DNA of 64,000 bases from a virus (lineage: Duplodnaviria > Caudoviricetes). Made by a program: the position numbers and the translations under genes. The stretch is from the IMG/VR virus record IMGVR_UViG_3300033121_001944, positions 25,384 to 89,383 of that record. One strand, 5' to 3'. Shown one piece after another: positions 54,995-64,000 of this stretch (position 1 is the first letter of the stretch; each line of letters opens with the position of its first letter). A model generated the notes under the pieces. It saw only the letters and a program-made list of their open reading frames with translations. It made no database searches and was not told the origin of the DNA.

Positions 54995-56049
54995 TAGATC
55001 CCCAAGTGTCCTTTGATAATGCGGGCTGAGTTAGCCCACGAGAAAGCAGCCGCCGTATTAATCCCTTCGTTATTAGTTCGCACATTGCCCAAATAGCACT
55101 TTCGCATATGAGCTACACACTGCTCGATCTGACGCTCGCGAATAGCTGCCCAATTACCAGTTTTTCCGTCGAACCAAACGCCATCAAAGGCTGGCTCTAA
55201 ATTATCGACGTGTACGAGATTAGCGTTCTGAGCATTGCAGAACTCAGTTTGAGCGCTGTAATCTGTTACAATGATTGGCTTACCGCAGGCAAGGCTTTGA
55301 AGGATCGGTAGCCCCCAACCTTCAGCTCTGGTCATGAAGATGCCGCAATCCATACTTCTAATGAATTCAGCAAGGTCATTATCTGTATTCTTTATACTAT
55401 GTACGGTGATCTTATCTCCCAATGGGGAGTGTTTGACCATTTCCCTAAAATTACCCATTTGTCGCTGGATATGGGGGAGCGGACTATCACACATAATATG
55501 TAGTTCAACATTGTCCATTGCGGTGAAGGCAGCCGCAAAAATCTCACTCAAGTATCGAGTACACTTCCTTTCTTCAATCTTACCTATGCTGAAGAATCGG
55601 TAAGCTGTACTACTGTTGATTCTTGGGTAGAAAATGGAGCTGTCTACACCCAATGGAACAACGTCAGAGGAAAAACCATTAGCTTTTAAAACGTTCTGTC
55701 CCCACTTCGAAGTTACAAATAGGCGATCTACGCATTCCAAGCTCTTCTTCCGAATAGAGTCAAAGACGTCAAGTTCGAAGAATGGAAAGGCGACTGTCTC
55801 ATTTTGAGACGGTAGAGCGTCAAACAACATATTCTCATGCCAGATCGTCAACGACTTGTTCTTTGCGGAGAACGTGTCGAAGCGAGTATCGAATAACCTT
55901 TGGAACAGTTCACCATCATTTGTAGTGAGGTATGGTTGTCCAATCGGCATTAGTGATAATGTGGTATCAGCGCTCAACGCCTTTATAATATTAATGGAGG
56001 CGTGACCGTACCCTAAAAGTGAATTAAGTGGGGCTCTAACATTTAACAC
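54994..56049 (-). CDS. glycosyltransferase, GT4-like
   Basis: LGYGHAS; VPLGVDSSIF; SIGKIEERK; RAEGWGLPILQSLACGKPIIVT. Confidence 0.9.
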   Translation of the reverse strand: MLNVRAPLNSLLGYGHASINIIKALSADTTLSLMPIGQPYLTTNDGELFQRLFDTRFDTFSAKNKSLTIWHENMLFDALPSQNETVAFPFFELDVFDSIRKKSLECVDRLFVTSKWGQNVLKANGFSSDVVPLGVDSSIFYPRINSSTAYRFFSIGKIEERKCTRYLSEIFAAAFTAMDNVELHIMCDSPLPHIQRQMGNFREMVKHSPLGDKITVHSIKNTDNDLAEFIRSMDCGIFMTRAEGWGLPILQSLACGKPIIVTDYSAQTEFCNAQNANLVHVDNLEPAFDGVWFDGKTGNWAAIRERQIEQCVAHMRKCYLGNVRTNNEGINTAAAFSWANSARIIKGHLGI

Positions 56050-56384
56050 TATTGGTTTCTCTTTTCAAATTCATTTGCGCATTCAATTATAGACTTGAGA
56101 CTTGTTCTATACAAGTTATTTTCTGGATCTATATATTGAACAGTAGCCTCCCCATTTTGAAGTAAAGCTATATTGACATTGAACCCTTTGAGGAAATCGC
56201 TATAGCCTTCAAGGTAGGAGGTGGTGCTCAAATTGATTGAGCTGTGATCGTCAGTTATATAGAAAGAGCAGCGAAAATTGTCATTCTGAAGCGTGTAAGC
56301 GTTGATCTCCCCGATTTTATAGGTTAGACCACTCATAGCCAGCATACACGCTAAAGTTAGACAGCTTTTTATCACCGCGAACAT
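56049..56384 (-). CDS. exported hypothetical protein
   Basis: N-terminal signal-like segment. Confidence 0.5.
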   Translation of the reverse strand: MFAVIKSCLTLACMLAMSGLTYKIGEINAYTLQNDNFRCSFYITDDHSSINLSTTSYLEGYSDFLKGFNVNIALLQNGEATVQYIDPENNLYRTSLKSIIECANEFEKRNQ

Positions 56385-56554
56385 CTCCCATTAGAGCAGA
56401 CACCTCGCAAACGAACGTGCGAGACTCGCTGCTGGAACACTTTACGAACTACTGGAGCACGCCGAACTGCACGACAGTTACCACCACGGCAAGCCGCCTC
56501 AACAGTTACAAAAGAACAAAGGACACAAATCATTGCCAAAACAAAATTCTTCAT
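56372..56554 (-). CDS. small secreted Arg/Cys-rich peptide
   Basis: MKNFVLAMICVLCSFVTVEA-ACRGGNC...CSNGRCSR; AGGAG RBS. Confidence 0.55.
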   Translation of the reverse strand: MKNFVLAMICVLCSFVTVEAACRGGNCRAVRRAPVVRKVFQQRVSHVRLRGVCSNGRCSR

Positions 56555-56568
56555 ACCAAACTCCTTTA

Positions 56569-57204
56569 TTAGGTGGCTGACAAGCTGCTCCGCTCTTCGT
56601 CGGAAAAATTCAGCGTTGCCGAATCCATCGAAATACACCCTGACACATTAACTTCAGTATTATACGCAGTCGCCTTAGTTCTTAATACGCTATACATATT
56701 TCCAATGGCAGCCGACGTATTAGCTACGCTTGCCACCGTTTTATTATCAATGCCGATCTTAACAGCTTCGCTGAAGGCGTCAATTCCAGCCCCCAAGAAG
56801 AGAAACTTCCAGCCCGCGTCCTCTTGATTTTTGACTGCCCGAGCGATATTAGTGCGGTTCCATTCGCTTGAATAATTTTCCTCACCATCCGTCACAACAA
56901 CAAATAGCGGGGCTTCGTCAGCTTGGACTTTTTCCTTGGCGTGAGCAATAGTACGACCAACCGCATCATACAGAGGGGTCATACCACGAGGCTGTAGATC
57001 AATTTCGCCCACCTCTCCAATGTCAACACCGTCATAAATTAAGTCAAATGGATTATTGCCGTCAAATTGAACAAACGTAAATCTTGGCTGTGGATCGATT
57101 CCTTTCTGTTGCTCAATAAAAGACTTTAGACCGCCAATGTGATCGGCTTTACGACCAGACATAGAACCGCTTCGGTCTAATACGATAAAAATGTGCGTAC
57201 GCAT
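56569..57204 (-). CDS. von Willebrand factor A domain protein
   Basis: LDRSGSM MIDAS; TPLYDA; VTDGEEN; FLFLGA. Confidence 0.9.
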   Translation of the reverse strand: MRTHIFIVLDRSGSMSGRKADHIGGLKSFIEQQKGIDPQPRFTFVQFDGNNPFDLIYDGVDIGEVGEIDLQPRGMTPLYDAVGRTIAHAKEKVQADEAPLFVVVTDGEENYSSEWNRTNIARAVKNQEDAGWKFLFLGAGIDAFSEAVKIGIDNKTVASVANTSAAIGNMYSVLRTKATAYNTEVNVSGCISMDSATLNFSDEERSSLSAT

Positions 57205-57216
57205 TAAAGGCTCTTC

Positions 57217-57417
57217 CTATCTAAAAAATGTAAAAACAACAGCTACCAATACTGTTGTGATACCGCCAATGAAAATAAGTGCCTGAAAGTCGCTCTCTTG
57301 CCAGCCCTTTAAATATAGGCTTCGGAATCGACCTTTTCCATCCCTAAAATCAAATGAGATTGTAAAATATCCTAAACATAGGATGTATAGTAAGATAACT
57401 AAGCAAGCTTTGAACAT
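57217..57417 (-). CDS. small membrane protein
   Basis: Two TM segments. Confidence 0.5.
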   Translation of the reverse strand: MFKACLVILLYILCLGYFTISFDFRDGKGRFRSLYLKGWQESDFQALIFIGGITTVLVAVVFTFFR

Positions 57418-57423
57418 CTTACG

Positions 57424-57873
57424 TTACTTTCCCGTCGAACCGAATCCGCCAGCTCCTCGTTCAGTCTGGTCGAGTGACGCCTCAACAACTTGGACGTCAG
57501 GCACTCGCTCTGGTAGTAACTGTACCAGCTTTACGGGAAAGGTCAAGGGTTCTGCTGAGGGATCAACCTTGCGGAGAGCCACAAAAATTTCCCCCCTATA
57601 GGACGAGTCAACCACTCCAATACTGTTTGCCAGCATGTAGCCTGTCTTCGAAATGGAGCTTCGGGGGTAGATTTTAAGGTCCCAGCCCGGCTCAGCGATA
57701 GTCGCTTTAATGCCGGTATGATAAAGACTTACATCGCCGTATTGCTTCCCCTTCCCCTCTACGGGTCCAAGTAAAGTGAGATCCAGACCACTATCACTAG
57801 GGTGCCCCTTACTGGGGAGGACCGCGTCCGACCTAGTTTTTTCCACAAGGAGTGTAAGCTTGGGTGTATCCAT
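57424..57873 (-). CDS. dut: trimeric dUTPase
   Basis: DSGLDL, PRSS, GVVDSSYRGEI, RGAGGFGSTG. Confidence 0.95.
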   Translation of the reverse strand: MDTPKLTLLVEKTRSDAVLPSKGHPSDSGLDLTLLGPVEGKGKQYGDVSLYHTGIKATIAEPGWDLKIYPRSSISKTGYMLANSIGVVDSSYRGEIFVALRKVDPSAEPLTFPVKLVQLLPERVPDVQVVEASLDQTERGAGGFGSTGK

Positions 57874-58384
57874 TAATTCTTTCCTTTATTACTGAGGTTA
57901 ATTCTTCGTTGGCAGAACCAATCTTTTCTAACAAATCGTACGTTTCTCTAATATAGCGGGCGGACCAATCCAAGTCCTGGTACATCAACCGATCCATAAT
58001 ATTATCTAGGCGGTCGCATAATTTAAGCTGCTGGGCGATCCTCGAACACTTTCCTAACCGTTCGTGCTCCATAATTTTCCGCTCGCGACGTTTGTAGTTT
58101 GGATAATCGTTTTTTGTATAGACGTTCGTAAGTTCACGAACTACGTCCGCCACCAAAACGCCAAACTTGTTCTTCAATATCTCATAAGTGACGGCGGGGC
58201 AGTCTTCCAGCGTGTCGTGTAAATAGGCTGCTGGTAAAAATAAGGTGGCTTCACTTGCGATGTACAGGCGGGCGTACCCCGCGACCCGGACAGGATGGTG
58301 AATGTACGGCTCGCCACCTTTTCGGAATTGCCCTTTATGGACTTCTTTTGCAAATCTTAGTGCATCACCCATCAAAAATTGCAC
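57833..58384 (-). CDS. small alarmone hydrolase (SpoT/Mesh1-like HD domain)
   Basis: HKGQFRKGGEPYIHHP; LHDTLED; VRELT; KLCDRLDN. Confidence 0.88.
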   Translation of the reverse strand: MQFLMGDALRFAKEVHKGQFRKGGEPYIHHPVRVAGYARLYIASEATLFLPAAYLHDTLEDCPAVTYEILKNKFGVLVADVVRELTNVYTKNDYPNYKRRERKIMEHERLGKCSRIAQQLKLCDRLDNIMDRLMYQDLDWSARYIRETYDLLEKIGSANEELTSVIKERINGYTQAYTPCGKN

Positions 58385-58722
58385 CTTTCTCTCTCAAGAG
58401 ATAGCTCGCTTACACAATCATCACAAATGATGCCGCGAAAAGTTGTTAAGTCGTGGCGGGAACCATATGAGCCTACAATCTTGATTTCGCAGCCTCCGTC
58501 AGCCTGATAAGTTGACCAGTCCCCAATCTCCGGCAGGCAGTCTAACATTTTCTTGCAAGAACAGCAAGGACGGGGTGCCCCCTCTTTGTGAGACTCCTCT
58601 AAGATTTTGGCAACTCCACTGAGAAGTGTTTCATCCTCATGATCGACTTCGTCAAAATTTCCGTGCTCTAAGATAAGACTGGCGAGCTTACGGCGGAAAC
58701 CTTCTTTTGAGAAACTATTCAC
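58372..58722 (-). CDS. hypothetical Cys-containing protein
   Basis: CCSC...ICDDC. Confidence 0.55.
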   Translation of the reverse strand: MNSFSKEGFRRKLASLILEHGNFDEVDHEDETLLSGVAKILEESHKEGAPRPCCSCKKMLDCLPEIGDWSTYQADGGCEIKIVGSYGSRHDLTTFRGIICDDCVSELSLERERCNF

Positions 58723-59107
58723 TGTAACATACCTCTTTTATTCCGAAAGCTTTTATGGCTGCCTCGCAACCCCTGCACGGTTTGGCAAGGGCTGTTGTTC
58801 CATCATTGAGTATACGACAGACATAAAGAGTGCAGCTTCGCAAGCCGTCTGCATCATACCTGCGGAGAAACTCGTGAATCGCAGCCACCTCAGCATGAGT
58901 AGATTGAGCCAGCTCATGCTTTGAGTAACGACGGGCTAGCCTCACAGAGGCATAAGAGTTAACTCCAACTGCAAGAATCTTATTGCGCCGGACCAGAGCC
59001 GCCACCACTCGGCAGCGGGCTACTTTTGCCGAAGTCTGAGCTATCTTGCACAACCGGCGGACGATCTTTATTGACGACGACCGTTGGTTTATTGAAGAAA
59101 ACACCAC
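58715..59107 (-). CDS. Zn-dependent cytidine/dCMP deaminase-family protein
   Basis: THAEVAAI...LYVCR...KPCRGC; start uncertain. Confidence 0.85.
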   Translation of the reverse strand: MVFSSINQRSSSIKIVRRLCKIAQTSAKVARCRVVAALVRRNKILAVGVNSYASVRLARRYSKHELAQSTHAEVAAIHEFLRRYDADGLRSCTLYVCRILNDGTTALAKPCRGCEAAIKAFGIKEVCYSE

Positions 59108-59201
59108 ACAAAACTCCCAAGCAAAAACATACTAGTCCCACAACGGCTGATGTCTTGAGTGTGCCTGATAAGTTTAACAAGTTTTGGAAAAACGTTAACA
59201 T
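58980..59201 (-). CDS. small membrane protein
   Basis: One TM; C-terminal tail overlaps the deaminase frame. Confidence 0.4.
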   Translation of the reverse strand: MLTFFQNLLNLSGTLKTSAVVGLVCFCLGVLCGVFFNKPTVVVNKDRPPVVQDSSDFGKSSPLPSGGGSGPAQ

Positions 59202-59202
59202 T

Positions 59203-60165
59203 TTAGGGAGTCTTTACTTTTACTTGAGGGGTGAGTTTAATCATGCCAGCATACTCATGTTCTATTTGACCAGACCCGCTACCACTGCCGACATAGTTCT
59301 CTACGCCCTGATCAACATGATTTGAGTTACTGGCTCCGGGCAACATCACGCTAACGGTTGTTGGAGAAGTGGACACTAACAATTCGGCTGTCACATCTCC
59401 GTTATTTGTAACATGCTCATATGTTGTTTGACTAATTACAACGTCTTCATTTGGGTCACTTTTGTAATTATAGGTGACATAACTTCCATTTGAGGTGAGT
59501 CGCCACTTGTATGAAATTTGCCACTTTCCCTCGTCGTCTAGCCACGTTGCCTGCCAGTAAGATCCGCCAAAATTCAACCTGACATAAGCAATTGCATCTC
59601 TATAAGGACTTACCGTAAGAGCCCCAAATACCGGGGAAGACATTGATAGGTTAATATCCATTTTACATGGAACTGGCTGCGAGGTACCCCACGTATTGGG
59701 ATTATTGGGGGCTAATTTTGCACTGTATCTTGCGGCAGTATAGCATCGCCCGTCAGCTTTATTTAAAAGTCCATTCGTGATAGGACCAACCCATGAACGT
59801 TGATAATGGTATGGAGCTAATCCGATAAGAGGGTTTGTAGTAAAAGTACTACTAATGTGCGTTCCACCAAAATTGACTACAGAAGATGATTCTGAAACGG
59901 CTACGCCACTACCAAAACCTCTATCTGCACTAGTTGCATTATCGTAACTCGGATCATTTAACGTTGGGACGGTTAGAGATGGCAAAACAATATCTTGTGG
60001 GTCAACATCATGATTAAGTGGATGTACATAATTTCCAATTCTAGTATGAGCCTCGCTTAAAGCGTGTGACTCTCCACCACTTTCTACAAGCTTCATCTCA
60101 AGTTGAGCAAATGCCTGCGAAGCTCCAATCGCAAAAGCTACCAAAACAAACAAAATTTTCTTCAT
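59203..60165 (-). CDS. secreted beta-rich hypothetical protein
   Basis: Signal peptide MKKILFVLVAFAIGASQAFA; GAGGT RBS. Confidence 0.65.
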   Translation of the reverse strand: MKKILFVLVAFAIGASQAFAQLEMKLVESGGESHALSEAHTRIGNYVHPLNHDVDPQDIVLPSLTVPTLNDPSYDNATSADRGFGSGVAVSESSSVVNFGGTHISSTFTTNPLIGLAPYHYQRSWVGPITNGLLNKADGRCYTAARYSAKLAPNNPNTWGTSQPVPCKMDINLSMSSPVFGALTVSPYRDAIAYVRLNFGGSYWQATWLDDEGKWQISYKWRLTSNGSYVTYNYKSDPNEDVVISQTTYEHVTNNGDVTAELLVSTSPTTVSVMLPGASNSNHVDQGVENYVGSGSGSGQIEHEYAGMIKLTPQVKVKTP

Positions 60166-60183
60166 TAGCTACCTCTCAAAAAG

Positions 60184-60654
60184 TTAATGTAATTCTACAA
60201 CTGACACATCAAAAAACGGATCTACTTCCTTCTCTAGGATATCCCTAACGATAGCCTTATCGCCTCCAGCTAATCCGCATCCAATCCATGGCACACCTAA
60301 GCGGAGCCGCCCCAAATGGGAAAATCGCTTTACAATAACCTGCAAACAGGAACGACAAGCATCATAATCGAATGGAACCCCATATCGCGAAGGGGTCCTC
60401 CAATGATATTGCATGTACGAATTAACCACTCTTAACTTATATTGATCTAGATACCTGTAGTCAATTTGACCTAACTTTGATCTATAACCGATATACTCAG
60501 CCGACTCCATTGGGTAATCGTCACAACCGAAAGCAGCCGCCATGAGCGGGGCTATACCCCTTTTCATTCTACAAAAGCAATTACATGAATGAGTGATGAT
60601 GTCGAATTCACCGGCTTTGGCTAGCTCTATCAGATCACCTTTAATAATTTGCAT
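60184..60654 (-). CDS. macrodomain protein (ADP-ribose processing)
   Basis: IIKGDL; HSCNC...GIA; VVNSYMQ; PWIGCGLAGG. Confidence 0.85.
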   Translation of the reverse strand: MQIIKGDLIELAKAGEFDIITHSCNCFCRMKRGIAPLMAAAFGCDDYPMESAEYIGYRSKLGQIDYRYLDQYKLRVVNSYMQYHWRTPSRYGVPFDYDACRSCLQVIVKRFSHLGRLRLGVPWIGCGLAGGDKAIVRDILEKEVDPFFDVSVVELH

Positions 60655-60814
60655 TTTTAAAAAATCCCCCAAGCCCTCCACCCTTTTGCCGTAGCAATTG
60701 GGCGTACTCCTCATCCACGCGACTTTTGGACGTCTCCAGCTTAGTGATCGTGTTGCTATCGCAAAGTAGTACAAGTTCTTTACGAAAACAACCTAAGCTC
60801 AATCGCGTTTTCAC
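60641..60814 (-). CDS. possible 57-aa protein (not in ORF track)
   Basis: GTG-started frame filling the gap. Confidence 0.3.
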   Translation of the reverse strand: MKTRLSLGCFRKELVLLCDSNTITKLETSKSRVDEEYAQLLRQKGGGLGGFFKNANY

Positions 60815-60826
60815 AAAATAAAAAAG

Positions 60827-61369
60827 TTAAACCAAACTACGTCGGCTCAATGCTTGGCGGGCTCGCGTTCGTAGTGCCTCAGTCCCAAATTCGCGCACCA
60901 ACTTGCGGGTCTCACTAGACAGGCTTTCGAACTTGCGGGCGGTCATCTGGCGCGTAGCAAAAAGCCGAACGTTTTCAGCACCAACCTGCTCAATAATAGA
61001 AGACCAATTACACGTAACAGCAGCCATAGGATTCTCCAAAAGATTTAAATTTCGAACAGCCCGACCTAAAGCGATGGTTCGCCCGATCTTCTTGCTGTAG
61101 GCGTCTTTACTTGAACATTTGGCGACGCCCGCACCAATTAGGGTTTCACCCCTATAAATTTCGACTTCCGTACGACCGCCCCTAGCTAATGTCTCAATCT
61201 TTCCGTTCACTAGACCATTTAATGCCTGAATGTCAGATCTTGGAGATGGACTGCTATTAACGACTGGGACGGCAATATCTGTACCTGCTAGCGGCACGTT
61301 AATTCTATAAAAACGCAAATGACGAACATAGACGCGATAACCGGCAGCACGCAATTGAAAAACGGTCAT
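60827..61369 (-). CDS. hypothetical phage protein
   Basis: GVAKCSSKDAYSKKIGRTIALGRA motif. Confidence 0.6.
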   Translation of the reverse strand: MTVFQLRAAGYRVYVRHLRFYRINVPLAGTDIAVPVVNSSPSPRSDIQALNGLVNGKIETLARGGRTEVEIYRGETLIGAGVAKCSSKDAYSKKIGRTIALGRAVRNLNLLENPMAAVTCNWSSIIEQVGAENVRLFATRQMTARKFESLSSETRKLVREFGTEALRTRARQALSRRSLV

Positions 61370-61830
61370 TTCAAACTCTCTTCCAGTTTACTGAGATTGG
61401 TTAGTCCTACGAATTTTTTGCCATTCACGATAGTTGTCGGAAGGCTTTTTACGCCAGCTTCCTTAGTGGGTTTCTGGCAGGTGTCTACGTCAATCTTTAA
61501 AACAGTTACATTTTTATATTTGTCCGCTAGCTCCTTGAGAATTGGTGTTTGCTGCTTGCAATAGCCGCACCAGACAGCACTATAATACTCGACGGCGGGC
61601 TTTCCGGCAAGACTCGCCTTTACATTTTCGTACTGCTGATCCGTAAAAACTTCTACATAGTTTACTGTAGGGATTACTGGGGATGGTTCAGGTCTCTTAA
61701 CATAGTCTGGCTCTTCCACTTTCGGCTGGAGGCAACCAGCAAAAAACACTAGCAAAATTGCCGCAGCCCCATTCTTTTTGGTGTATTTTTTATTGGGTAG
61801 CCGTTTAGAAAGAAAGCCTTGTATGAACAT
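61366..61830 (-). CDS. thioredoxin-domain lipoprotein
   Basis: ILLVFFAGC lipobox; WCGYC; LKIDVD; SLPT; start uncertain. Confidence 0.8.
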   Translation of the reverse strand: MFIQGFLSKRLPNKKYTKKNGAAAILLVFFAGCLQPKVEEPDYVKRPEPSPVIPTVNYVEVFTDQQYENVKASLAGKPAVEYYSAVWCGYCKQQTPILKELADKYKNVTVLKIDVDTCQKPTKEAGVKSLPTTIVNGKKFVGLTNLSKLEESLK

Positions 61831-62134
61831 TGACATTAAAACCTTGATCGCTTTAGCTAGCCTCGTAATGGGCGTTCTACTCATAATTGGTCCAAAGCTG
61901 AAAGAGTGGCTCGCAGCCTCTACGTCTACTAATAAGTCTAACCCAGTCGCCGATTATTTTCAAGCTGTTGTAAGTACAGAAAAAGCAAAAAAAGAAAAAG
62001 AGGCGGCGGATTACGACCTGGAATGTCTTGAGGGGCTTATTAAAGGGCTAGATGCTAACGAACATAAAGAGCAGATTGATACTTTAATTGATAAGATTGC
62101 CCCTAGCTTGATTAGACAGAGACTTAAGAAATGA
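61823..62134 (+). CDS. membrane-anchored protein
   Basis: N-terminal TM LIALASLVMGVLLIIG; ATGA overlap with the next gene. Confidence 0.6.
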   Translation: MNIDIKTLIALASLVMGVLLIIGPKLKEWLAASTSTNKSNPVADYFQAVVSTEKAKKEKEAADYDLECLEGLIKGLDANEHKEQIDTLIDKIAPSLIRQRLKK

Positions 62135-62577
62135 AGCCCAGCCAACTTTTAGGTGTTATTCTTTGTGCGGTTGCCCTGACAACGCTGTACTTGCCGGGCA
62201 AAGGCATTGATCCGTTCAAGCCATCATTAGATCCGTCATTGTACGCCCTGCAAGCTCAAGTAAAAACTGCCATGACGGGACCAACCGCCAGCAAAGATGC
62301 AGTCATGCTTGAGAATGTACTGCGGGCTGCCGCCAACTGCTTTGTAAATGACGAGAAGAGACCGAGCCCTTATTATAAAAGTGACGATGATCTGAAGTGG
62401 GCTATTCGTTCAATTGGTGATATTTCTGCACCATTAGGGTGGCGTATGTCAGAAAGATATCCAGAACTTGGGCGCATTTTATCCAATCATATGGAGGAAA
62501 AGGTGGGTTCTAACGTTGACCGGGGGGTCCTCATTAAAGAGATGAGGAATTTAGCCGACGTTCTAGCCACAATTTAA
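62131..62577 (+). CDS. exported helical protein
   Basis: N-terminal hydrophobic segment. Confidence 0.6.
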   Translation: MKPSQLLGVILCAVALTTLYLPGKGIDPFKPSLDPSLYALQAQVKTAMTGPTASKDAVMLENVLRAAANCFVNDEKRPSPYYKSDDDLKWAIRSIGDISAPLGWRMSERYPELGRILSNHMEEKVGSNVDRGVLIKEMRNLADVLATI

Positions 62578-62581
62578 ATTT

Positions 62582-63610
62582 ATGTTAAAAAGATTTTTGC
62601 TGGCGGCGGTTGCCTTTCTTGCATCGCTCCCACTATCGGCTCAAGAATCTAAGCAGCCGCCTCAATTAGCTAACTTTGGCTACCACAGGACTGACGTAGC
62701 ACCAGAGTTACCTCAATCTACATTCTATCGCCAACAACTGGAAGAGCTTGTTAAGAGCAATGATGATCAAGACTCATTAAACTATAAATTTCTTTTTAAG
62801 GTTTTGAAGGACGCCAAGCTGCTCTCTGAAAAGGAGCTGGAAACTGGGCGACTCTCTAGTTTAAATCAGGGGCAGGTTGGCTCTTGCGTAGGTTATGGGA
62901 CCACTCACGCCCTGGAAATTACAGCGGCGGCGAACGTTGCCCACCGTCAACAATTAAGGGAGATTTGGCTTTCGCGAGCTAACCCCGACGCAATATATGG
63001 TCTTGGTCGCTATGAGCATAGAGGAAACTGGGACGGCTCCAACGGGTCTTGGTCTGTTGAAGCACTTGCCAAGTATGGCAGTCTACACCGCTTAGTTTAT
63101 GGCGACCATGACCTCCGGAATACCGTCCCGACAGACGGACGAAAGTGGGCTGCACAGGGGTTGCCGGAGCCCCTCCTGAAAGCGGCTGGCGATCATAAAG
63201 CACTGGCGTGCGTTCAGATTAAGTCGGTAGAAGAAGCAAAAGCCGCCCTACAAAATGCTTACGGCATTATTATTTGTGGACAGGGAAGCTTTGGATCTCG
63301 CCGAGACTCTTTAGGGTTTATTAAGCTTAATGGTAATGCCTGGGCACACTGCATGGCTATATCCTCTTATAGAGGACCAAAGTCGGGCAAAGAGGGCTAC
63401 TTACTACAAAATAGCTGGGGCGATAACTGGGTTGACGGTCCCGTCTATCCGCCCGATATGCCTCTCGGCTCTGGCTGGATTACAACGGAAGATCTCCAAC
63501 ACTATATCAAACAGGGCGATACCTTTGCCATCGCGGGCTATGAAGGCTTCAAGAAACGCGACATCAAATGGGAAGAAGTTTTCAATATCGGTGGCGAAGC
63601 TGCACAATAA
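62582..63610 (+). CDS. secreted papain-like (C1) cysteine peptidase
   Basis: Signal peptide; NQGQVGSCVG; AHCMAI; QNSWG. Confidence 0.88.
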   Translation: MLKRFLLAAVAFLASLPLSAQESKQPPQLANFGYHRTDVAPELPQSTFYRQQLEELVKSNDDQDSLNYKFLFKVLKDAKLLSEKELETGRLSSLNQGQVGSCVGYGTTHALEITAAANVAHRQQLREIWLSRANPDAIYGLGRYEHRGNWDGSNGSWSVEALAKYGSLHRLVYGDHDLRNTVPTDGRKWAAQGLPEPLLKAAGDHKALACVQIKSVEEAKAALQNAYGIIICGQGSFGSRRDSLGFIKLNGNAWAHCMAISSYRGPKSGKEGYLLQNSWGDNWVDGPVYPPDMPLGSGWITTEDLQHYIKQGDTFAIAGYEGFKKRDIKWEEVFNIGGEAAQ

Positions 63611-63653
63611 ATCTTTTTTCTAAAAAAGGTGTACATTAAATTGGAGGATATAC

Positions 63654-64000
63654 ATGAGAACTTTAGCCACATCTGCCATTCTAATCGGATCTCTAGCTAT
63701 TTGGACTGTAACGTACGAAACGTCTCCCTATGGGGCTGCTTGGTTCCAAGAAGGTCGATTTGTCGAGCAGCCTGAAAGTGAAGGAATACCAGATGCCAAT
63801 AGCGATGATCCTGGTATCCTAAAGAAGCATACAAACCAAGGTCAAATGGAAGCTCCCAAGTACACTAGGGAAGCTTACGTTGATTTTAAAGCCACAGGTC
63901 CACCTCAAATGGACGATTATCCGAAAAGCCCGGAAGAAGCGACAAGACGATCAAGCGGTGAAGCTCAGCCCGCCAATCATATTGTCAATTATGGGATTTA
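63654..64000 (+). CDS. exported protein, partial
   Basis: GGAGG RBS, N-terminal hydrophobic segment, open to the window end. Confidence 0.6.
   Translation, partial: MRTLATSAILIGSLAIWTVTYETSPYGAAWFQEGRFVEQPESEGIPDANSDDPGILKKHTNQGQMEAPKYTREAYVDFKATGPPQMDDYPKSPEEATRRSSGEAQPANHIVNYGI

Noticed and set aside
8863-63623. Many 60-140 aa ORFs antisense to or nested in long genes (e.g. 8863-9150, 23048-23329, 43044-43382, 50115-50549)
   Set aside because: Shadow frames of well-supported genes, without RBS or motifs
1-64000. Stop-codon recoding
   Set aside because: Long conserved genes are intact under code 11, and TAA, TAG and TGA all end genes at expected positions
1-64000. RtcB/RtcA RNA repair genes, smpB, reverse transcriptase/DGR, integrase, rRNA, tail sheath
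   Set aside because: No diagnostic motifs recognised in this window; they may lie elsewhere in the genome

Overview
64-kb fragment of a large tailed bacteriophage (Caudoviricetes) using the standard genetic code; the host cannot be determined from the sequence. 1-17 kb (+): cysteine-rich tail module with a tail tube, chaperone-like genes, a 1730-aa tape measure and two large tail proteins; no sheath is seen. 17-62 kb (-): ssDNA annealing protein, glycosyltransferase cluster, family-C DNA polymerase (DnaE) split into two genes around a DEDDh exonuclease, SSB, primase, DnaB, RecA, PhoH, ThyX, class II ribonucleotide reductase with an intein, dUTPase, ClpP, SpoT-type hydrolase, deaminase, macrodomain and thioredoxin. 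62-64 kb (+): membrane proteins and a papain-like peptidase. The standout region is 40-45 kb. A Ro60/TROVE gene is preceded by a tightly packed non-coding array of five divergent Y-RNA-like stems sharing GG-UUGA...CUUG-CC: two carry circularly permuted tRNA modules, one a degenerate module, and two are short with a UUAUC loop. Degenerate tRNAs are interleaved, and a sigma70-like promoter with an operator-like palindrome sits upstream. Nearby are a 113-nt mini-tmRNA (essentially the tRNA-like domain only) and an unannotated metallothionein-like lipoprotein. All assignments come from motif recognition by eye; no searches were run.
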